A DNA stretch of 44,628 nt from assembly GCA_019056785.1 (NCBI GenBank), contig DXJV01000069.1, positions 1 to 44,628 of the forward strand, in the 5' to 3' direction. The notes below the pieces were generated by a model. The model saw only the letters and a program-made list of their open reading frames with translations. It had not been told where the DNA came from and did no database searches. The stretch is from Candidatus Heimdallarchaeota archaeon (lineage in GTDB: Archaea; Asgardarchaeota; Heimdallarchaeia; JABLTI01). Both the position numbers and the translations under genes were made by a program. Shown here in pieces: positions 38,492 to 44,628 of this stretch; position 1 is the first letter of the stretch, and every line of letters begins with the position of its first letter.

Positions 38492-39874
38492 TTGGCTCAT
38501 GATCAACCTTTATTTCAAAAAGTTGGAAACAAAATTTATTTCGATGGGCAAGATTTGACATTGCTCGTTTCCGAGAAAGTAAAAACACCTGTCTATCTTT
38601 TTAGCGAAAGGGAACTCCACCGTAATATAGATCGACTGCAAAATGCGTTTAGAAAAAATTATCCTAATGTTTCGATAGCCTATTCAATGAAGAATAACAG
38701 CCTTCCGGAAATTGTTAGTATCATTGCCCAACGACTCGAGTCATTTGAAATAAATTCTTTGAAGGAACTACAAATTCTCGAGATGCTTGCGAAAAAAAAC
38801 GGTTCAAAATTCCACCCTATCACAACAACACTTTACAAGCCACCAGAATTTATTGCAAAAATGATTTCCAGCGAATTTTTCAGTGAACCTCTTTTTGCTA
38901 TTGATTCTTTTCAAGATTTCCGAATAGTAAAGAAGGTTGCAGAGCAATTTAAAAAGCGGGTTAACGTTCTTGTTCGTGTAAATCCCGGGCTCGAGACTTC
39001 TTCCCGTGATGCAGTGTTTGCTTCTGCTGGGCTTAATTCGAAATGTGGCTTGCCAATTGGCACCATTGCTTCTTTAATGGAAATGAATAAAACCTCACTT
39101 ACAAACACAATTTTAACTGAACCTCCTGTTGAACAAACAAAAGAAACTGCTGAATATATAATCCAAGAAATTAGCAAAAGTAACTGGCTAAACTTGCAGG
39201 GACTTCATTTTCATACCGGAAGTCAAATAACTGATTTAGATTATTTTAACAATGTTTACGAAATTGCTGCACTCTTTTACAAATGGGTGAAAAACGAATT
39301 CGCAACGGAACTTACGATTCTAGACCTCGGAGGTGGCTATCCTGTACAATACTCACCAGCAGATAAGGTTCCTTCTTTGGATGCCATTGCAAATTGTCTC
39401 AGCACGCATTTGAAGAAGCATGCTATCGCCCCAGAAGTCATCCTCGAAAGTGGGCGATATATTACTGCAAGTGCCGGGATATTATTAACGACAGTCAAAT
39501 TAATAAAACAACTTCTAACTGGGCAGAGACTTGCTGTGTTGGACTTCTCTGTTTACAGCGACTTGTTGGATACGCTCACTGCAAAGTGGTTTTATCAACC
39601 GATTCTCGTGAATAACCTTCCCCAAGAAACGCAAACTAATCCTGGGATCTGTTATGAGCTTGTGGGTTGCACAAACGATGTTTTGGATCGTTTGCCCTCT
39701 TATCTTGATACATCAAGTAGTAGTTTTTCTGAAAATATCAATGGGCATTGTTTTCCTCGAGAGCTAAAGGAAGGAGATTTAATCGCCATTAAAAATGCAG
39801 GTGCTTATACTACTTGTTTCAATTCTGAGTATAGTGGTAAACCTATCTCAGCGAAATTTATTCTTAAAAAATGA
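38492..39874 (+). CDS. Fold-type III PLP decarboxylase (LysA/ODC-like), substrate unknown
   Basis: TPVYLF, YSMKNN (PLP Lys), VRVNPG, HFHTGSQI, DLGGGYP, LESGRYI, NAGAYT. GGAG lies 8 nt before the TTG start. Confidence 0.85.
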   Translation: MAHDQPLFQKVGNKIYFDGQDLTLLVSEKVKTPVYLFSERELHRNIDRLQNAFRKNYPNVSIAYSMKNNSLPEIVSIIAQRLESFEINSLKELQILEMLAKKNGSKFHPITTTLYKPPEFIAKMISSEFFSEPLFAIDSFQDFRIVKKVAEQFKKRVNVLVRVNPGLETSSRDAVFASAGLNSKCGLPIGTIASLMEMNKTSLTNTILTEPPVEQTKETAEYIIQEISKSNWLNLQGLHFHTGSQITDLDYFNNVYEIAALFYKWVKNEFATELTILDLGGGYPVQYSPADKVPSLDAIANCLSTHLKKHAIAPEVILESGRYITASAGILLTTVKLIKQLLTGQRLAVLDFSVYSDLLDTLTAKWFYQPILVNNLPQETQTNPGICYELVGCTNDVLDRLPSYLDTSSSSFSENINGHCFPRELKEGDLIAIKNAGAYTTCFNSEYSGKPISAKFILKK

Positions 39875-39928
39875 CCTTTTCTTTCATATATACGGTCTTA
39901 TTTAAATTGCTAAGTAGTCCTATTTATT

Positions 39929-40297
39929 GTGAGACTTATGACATATCGTGATAGGCGATTATTGAATCTTGTTTTGCTTATTGTCGTTGTAGCAATGATA
40001 ACTGTTACAGCTTTAGCCATTATTATTACAAATGCCATTATCAATCACTGGGGCTTCTTTGAGATTTCATTGTCAATCGGAATAACTTTGATAATTATTG
40101 GTGGGCTTGGGGTTTTTGGTAGTTATCTCGGAGCTTATTCTGTCTCCAGTTTTGCAGCTCATGCGCGTTATCCCGAAATGGCAACAGTAGAGTCAAACTA
40201 TGCTTTTAAACGCCGACAGAAATTCCCAATTATAAGTATTGCATTAATGGCTCTTGGCGCCATCTTTGCCGGCATTGGCTTGATTGGGATATTCTGA
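39929..40297 (+). CDS. Small membrane protein (about 3 TM)
   Basis: Three hydrophobic segments; the ORF fills the intergenic gap. Confidence 0.7.
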   Translation: MRLMTYRDRRLLNLVLLIVVVAMITVTALAIIITNAIINHWGFFEISLSIGITLIIIGGLGVFGSYLGAYSVSSFAAHARYPEMATVESNYAFKRRQKFPIISIALMALGAIFAGIGLIGIF

Positions 40298-40379
40298 AGA
40301 TTTGGCTAATAATCCTGTTTTGTTTTTAGCGAAGATAACAATCTTTTTTTATCTTTAGTTTTCTCATCAGCTGATTTCA

Positions 40380-41195
40380 ATGAAGAAAGAATTTTTTGAT
40401 GCCAACCAAAAGCTTTGGGATGAATACGCCCTTGCCCATTTCAGTTCCAACTTTTATAATGTTAAAGGATTCCTCAATGGGGAAACAACTTTAAAATCTT
40501 TTGAACTCGAGGAATTAACTGACGTAAAGAGTAAAACGTTGTTGCATTTACAATGCCATTTTGGTTTGGACACTCTTTCATGGGCTCGAGAAGGAGCAAT
40601 TGTTACAGGAGTAGACTTTTCTCTGGAAGCAATTCGTCTTGCTAAACAACTCGCAGAAAAAGCACACCTTAAAGCAACCTTCATCCAATCCGATGTCTAC
40701 AAGCTCCCTGAAAAACTAAGCAAGAAATTCGACATTGTGTATACCTCTTTCGGAGTCATCGTCTGGCTACCTGATCTAATTAAATGGGCTCGAGTCATTA
40801 GTCACTTTCTCAAACCTAGGGGGAAGTTTTACTTTGCAGAATTCCATCCTTTCGTTCAGATTTTCGATGAAGAAGACCCTTCCGGTTTAAAATTAAAGTA
40901 TGATTACTTCCCAAATGCAGAACCTCACATTTTTGAAAACTCGAGTGGTGGCTCATATGCAACAAGTGATGAGCGTATTAAACAACCTGTTTCTTACGAA
41001 TGGCAGCATTCTCTCTCTGAAATTTTCAATTCGTTAATTAAGGCAGGACTCAGAATAGACTCCTTTAATGAATACCCTATCACCTTTTTCCCACAATTCC
41101 CCTTTGCAGTAAAACAAGAAGATGGTACCTGGCATTTACCTTCCCTCCCAGCTAAGCTTCCGCTTACCTTCTCTCTTCTTGCCACCAAAGTTTAA
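40380..41195 (+). CDS. Class I SAM-dependent methyltransferase
   Basis: LLHLQCHFGLDTLSWAREGA.VTGVDFS, FDIVYTS.G, LKPRGKFYFAEFHP. Confidence 0.9.
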   Translation: MKKEFFDANQKLWDEYALAHFSSNFYNVKGFLNGETTLKSFELEELTDVKSKTLLHLQCHFGLDTLSWAREGAIVTGVDFSLEAIRLAKQLAEKAHLKATFIQSDVYKLPEKLSKKFDIVYTSFGVIVWLPDLIKWARVISHFLKPRGKFYFAEFHPFVQIFDEEDPSGLKLKYDYFPNAEPHIFENSSGGSYATSDERIKQPVSYEWQHSLSEIFNSLIKAGLRIDSFNEYPITFFPQFPFAVKQEDGTWHLPSLPAKLPLTFSLLATKV

Positions 41196-41380
41196 TTTCT
41201 CAGTTTTTTCAACCACAAAACCTTTTTATTTAGCTAAGTAATAATTTAATGTTTGTTGAAAAAAGCTGAATGAATAGTAATCTATCCATATTACAAGGAT
41301 ATTACAATCATATCTATATGGGTTCGTCCTTCAATAGTGAACAGGTCTTTAATAATCACTAAAAGAGAGCGCGTAAAAAA

Positions 41381-41581
41381 ATGGAAGAGTCTCAAGAAGA
41401 GTTTAATAAAGAATTAATTAAAACGCTTCAAAAACTCGTGAGCCCAAAACGCTTAAATCACATCTATGATCGGGTGATTTCTCTACAAACAAACAAAAAA
41501 ACTCTGGAACATCAACAATATGTTTTGGGAATCATTCAAGATTATATCAAAGAAATTGATGGCTATTTAAGCGAGCGGTAA
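41381..41581 (+). CDS. Small hypothetical protein
   Basis: 66-aa ATG-started ORF with protein-like amphipathic helical composition in an otherwise empty interval. Confidence 0.55.
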   Translation: MEESQEEFNKELIKTLQKLVSPKRLNHIYDRVISLQTNKKTLEHQQYVLGIIQDYIKEIDGYLSER

Positions 41582-41639
41582 TTGTAAGTTAAAAAAGAAG
41601 GGAATAGAAGGACAGCATTTGTCCTCCTCTTTTTCCTAT

Positions 41640-42725
41640 CTAACCTGTTTTGCTTGAGTTTTTAGCAATTGTTTTCTCATTGGTTTCTATATCGCTTGAT
41701 TTCTTCTGGAGTTTAAGAGCAGGTTTCTTCTTGGCATACATGTACTCCTTAATGGATTTGATATGTGCTTGATAGTATTTCGATTGTTTAAGAAGATAAC
41801 TTCTAATGGCGGGCCGGAAAAGCACTATCAGTGGTTTTAACCAGCGGAACCGCTTTTTAATATCATGGAGAAGGTCATCAAAAGTTCGCCGTTGAAAGTG
41901 TAAAAGTTGTTGGGTCTCTGTAGTGTCCATATACCCACAATGGAATGGCTCTGTGCCAAAAGCCTCTTCTGGAAGCCGGCCAATACCCATTTCATCAAGA
42001 ATTCTTCCGACATATTCACTGTATGGTACACGACATTGTTCACCACCGCCAATGTGAAGGATTTTTCCCCATACCTTAGTGCTTTCAATAGCATTTGCTA
42101 AAGCAAAACCAGTGTCTAAAGTGTGGCACAATTCCATTGGCGTGTCCAAGGGAACATCGAACATTATGGGATCAAGTTTCAGATCAAATGGTGGGATTGC
42201 TGCAAAGCGGAAAATAACATATGTTAGTCCAGACTCTTTTAGCATTTTTTCACATTTGATCTTATGTCTCGCATAATGATCATGGGGACTTGGTTTGATT
42301 TCATCTGTCGTTTTAATGATATAGTCAAATCCCTTTTCTCGGACATCACCATACACTGCAACAGATGACGAGAAAATAATCTTTGGCGGTTTCTTTTGTT
42401 GCTTGGCAGCGATAATGATGTTTTCTGTTCCGCCTACATTCACAGGTTCCGCTATTTCAGGGTGTTTATTTGCAAATGGGGGGATGATTGCTCCCAGATG
42501 GATGATTACATCTACTCCATTCACTGCTCGTTCTACATCAACGTAATTGGTTAAATCGCCCCAAAAAATCTCAACTTTTTCATTTAAACGTTTATACTTT
42601 TTCGCAAGTCGCTTGTTCCTTTTTGTGGGGAGATCAAAGCATCGAATGGTACGCTCTCGTTTTACTAGCTCATTTAATGTACTGGTGCCGACATTTCCAA
42701 ATGCACCGGTTAATAATATTTTCAT
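41640..42725 (-). CDS. NAD-dependent epimerase/dehydratase (extended SDR)
   Basis: TGAFGNVG, GDLT, IHLGA, NVGGT, SSVAVYG, YARHK (YxxxK). GGAGG upstream. Confidence 0.92.
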   Translation of the reverse strand: MKILLTGAFGNVGTSTLNELVKRERTIRCFDLPTKRNKRLAKKYKRLNEKVEIFWGDLTNYVDVERAVNGVDVIIHLGAIIPPFANKHPEIAEPVNVGGTENIIIAAKQQKKPPKIIFSSSVAVYGDVREKGFDYIIKTTDEIKPSPHDHYARHKIKCEKMLKESGLTYVIFRFAAIPPFDLKLDPIMFDVPLDTPMELCHTLDTGFALANAIESTKVWGKILHIGGGEQCRVPYSEYVGRILDEMGIGRLPEEAFGTEPFHCGYMDTTETQQLLHFQRRTFDDLLHDIKKRFRWLKPLIVLFRPAIRSYLLKQSKYYQAHIKSIKEYMYAKKKPALKLQKKSSDIETNEKTIAKNSSKTG

Positions 42726-43096
42726 TTTTTTATTACATGCCTCCGTATTGCTTGAAGCATTTTGAACTCTGACTAGGTTTCTCTTGTGTTTCTATTTTTG
42801 CAATAGCTTCATGAGTACATGTAAATTTCCAGGCTCTTCTTCTAGAGCCTTGTTTACACCACCATTCAATTGCTGTAATAATTAGAATCCAAGGACCTAA
42901 CTCAAGGCTTTTCTTCTTTTTTTATTGGTGGTAATAATTTTGGTATAACGCTATAATCATTAGTAAAGCCTAATTGGTTAGACCTCTAACTGATATTGTT
43001 ATCTTAAGTATATAAACCTTGGCAAATGTCATAAAATAGGGAAAAGTAATTTTTGAGGGATTGAAAGATAAATAAGGGAAAAGGAAAAGTAAGCAA

Positions 43097-44002
43097 GTGA
43101 TGAAAATGTCTCCTACAAAAGTTGGTTCGAGAGGCTTTGTCTTTACGTTTGACGATTTGTCAACCCCTGAAGTAGCCTGTCCAACAAATGTTTATTTAAT
43201 TGATGGAAAAAAGCACATTTTTTTATGTGACACGTTCCTTGGCCCCCAGTCGATGGAACAAATTATTGCTTTTATGAAGAGGGAATTAGAAGAGAAACCT
43301 CTGGTGATTTTTAATTCTCATTATGATTATGACCATCATTGGGGTAACTGTGCGTTCTCTAAGTATGAAATGATCCTTAGTAGCAAGTTTTGTTATGAAC
43401 GAATGGCTGCTGTGGGCGAAGCCGAGCTCAAATTATACGAAAAATGGAAAAGAGGTAATGTGAAGATAGTGCTGCCTACAAAGGTATTCGAAAAGGATTA
43501 CACTTTTCCGGATGATGGCGTAAAATTTTTCCACTCACCCGGGCATACCCATGATTCTTCCTCTTGTTATGATGAGGTTGACAAGATTCTCTTTGCGGCA
43601 GATAATGTTGAAGAACCAATTCCTTATGTTCGCTCCGATTTGGAAGGCATTCAAACCTATCTTAAAACTTTGAAAGGATATCTCGAGTATGATTTTACAA
43701 CCCTCATTCCGGGGCATGGTTCTATTTCTGACCAACGACTTCTCAAAACCAATCTCTCCTATCTGGCAAACCTTCTAGATGAGAATGATGGCAGTCTGAA
43801 CCTTCTCTTGAAGGACGATCATTCCAAAGCTATTCACTTGCAAAACCTATATACAATAGCCGAAGAATATGTTAAAAAAAGCAAGAACAATTTAGCGATA
43901 AAATTCTTGCAAAGAACAATTGAGTTTGCGAATAAAGAACATCTTCTCGATGCTTCAATTATAACGAAACTCGAAGGAAAAATTTCCAATTTAAAGAAAT
44001 AA
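43097..44002 (+). CDS. MBL-fold metallo-hydrolase
   Basis: NSHYDYDHHWG, SPGHTHD, LFAAD, IPGHG. Confidence 0.9.
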   Translation: MMKMSPTKVGSRGFVFTFDDLSTPEVACPTNVYLIDGKKHIFLCDTFLGPQSMEQIIAFMKRELEEKPLVIFNSHYDYDHHWGNCAFSKYEMILSSKFCYERMAAVGEAELKLYEKWKRGNVKIVLPTKVFEKDYTFPDDGVKFFHSPGHTHDSSSCYDEVDKILFAADNVEEPIPYVRSDLEGIQTYLKTLKGYLEYDFTTLIPGHGSISDQRLLKTNLSYLANLLDENDGSLNLLLKDDHSKAIHLQNLYTIAEEYVKKSKNNLAIKFLQRTIEFANKEHLLDASIITKLEGKISNLKK

Positions 44003-44021
44003 CACTTCTCGGGCATATATC

Positions 44022-44064
44022 TTCCGGAAAAATAGCAAATAGCTATTTTTCTGGAAATTTTTTT
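44022..44064 (+). terminator. Hairpin plus T-tract after the MBL gene
   Basis: TTCCGGAAAAATAGC / GCTATTTTTCTGGAA (15-bp arms, one G-U pair), followed by a T-run. Confidence 0.55.
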
Positions 44065-44133
44065 AAAAATTAACTTTCGTATCACAAATACTCCCAACAA
44101 GAATTATTTAAAGGAGAATAAATATTTACGTTT

Positions 44134-44628
44134 ATGAATCTTCAACGATTTCCATATATTCGCATACTTCTTGTAAGCTTTGGTTATTTTACAAATAACC
44201 TTACCTGGTCAGCTTACAATGTCTTCGTTCCTTTCTTTCTTAGCCAAAATTTCAAAGCAATCCTCGGTGAAGATTCAGCAATAATTAATACTCTTGTTGC
44301 CATTGTAATGATTTTGGATAATATTGCCTCAATTATTATTCAACCATATATTGGGCAGTTAAGTGATCGAACATGGATTCCAAAGTTAGGGCGTCGCATG
44401 CCCTTTGTAATCATCGGTTTGCCTTTGGCAGCATTTTTCTTTGGTTTAATTGGCTCTTTTCATTCTGTCTTATGGATCTTACTTGTAGCAATTTGTGGTT
44501 TCAATATTTGTATGGCTTTTTACAAGTCACCTGTTATGAGTCTTATTCCAGATATGCTTCCTCAAGATTATCGGAGTCAGGGCTCAGGGGTATTAAATGT
44601 TGTTGGTGGCGTTGCCAGCATTACTGGA
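44134..44628 (+). CDS. MFS transporter (GPH/SLC45-like), 3'-truncated by the window edge
   Basis: Read manually, not in the ORF track: MNLQRFPYIRILLVSFGYF...IQPYIGQLSDRTWIPKLGRRMPF..., open to the end of the window. Confidence 0.85.
   Translation, partial: MNLQRFPYIRILLVSFGYFTNNLTWSAYNVFVPFFLSQNFKAILGEDSAIINTLVAIVMILDNIASIIIQPYIGQLSDRTWIPKLGRRMPFVIIGLPLAAFFFGLIGSFHSVLWILLVAICGFNICMAFYKSPVMSLIPDMLPQDYRSQGSGVLNVVGGVASITG

Noticed and set aside
41288-41312. ATATTACAA direct repeat upstream of the 66-aa ORF
   Set aside because: Two short AT-rich copies are plausible by chance and no regulator can be linked to them.
42730-42925. About 60-codon open stretch on the minus strand upstream of the SDR gene
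   Set aside because: No usable start after the upstream stop and no recognisable motif.
3776-44100. Numerous 60-180 aa ORFs overlapping or antisense to the major genes
   Set aside because: They lie within well-supported CDSs and have no motifs of their own.

Overview
AT-rich, gene-dense prokaryotic chromosomal segment with about 34 protein genes. I found no rRNA, tRNA, CRISPR array or transposase. The gene mix suggests an Asgard (Heimdallarchaeia-like) archaeon, which is inference only: a TPR protein with a C-terminal longin-like domain, a Fae domain, HEAT/TPR proteins, and N-glycosylation sequons in extracellular domains. Contents include a PAS/GAF histidine kinase, a nitroreductase, an FG-GAP surface protein, a TetR-regulated MacB/LolD-type ABC module flanked by a diverged direct repeat, and peptidase T. 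There is also a TPR/metallophosphoesterase pair, an unknown protein plus a DapA-Fae fusion, tandem GT2 genes (the second disrupted), an orphan DNA methyltransferase, ilvE with an in-frame TGA, a divergent PlsY, and two fold-type III PLP decarboxylases. The most striking item is a tightly coupled operon at about 31959-36541: a tandem-AbrB regulator, a TM-dCache-TM-HAMP-TPR-vWA(MIDAS) receptor, and an output-less TM-dCache-TM-HAMP partner. This looks like a kinase-free transmembrane signalling system whose sensor domains resemble the eukaryotic alpha2delta/CACHD1 Cache region. The second-best candidate is the unknown protein plus aldolase-Fae fusion, a possible formaldehyde-channelling pathway. 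All family calls come from motifs read by eye; no database search was run.
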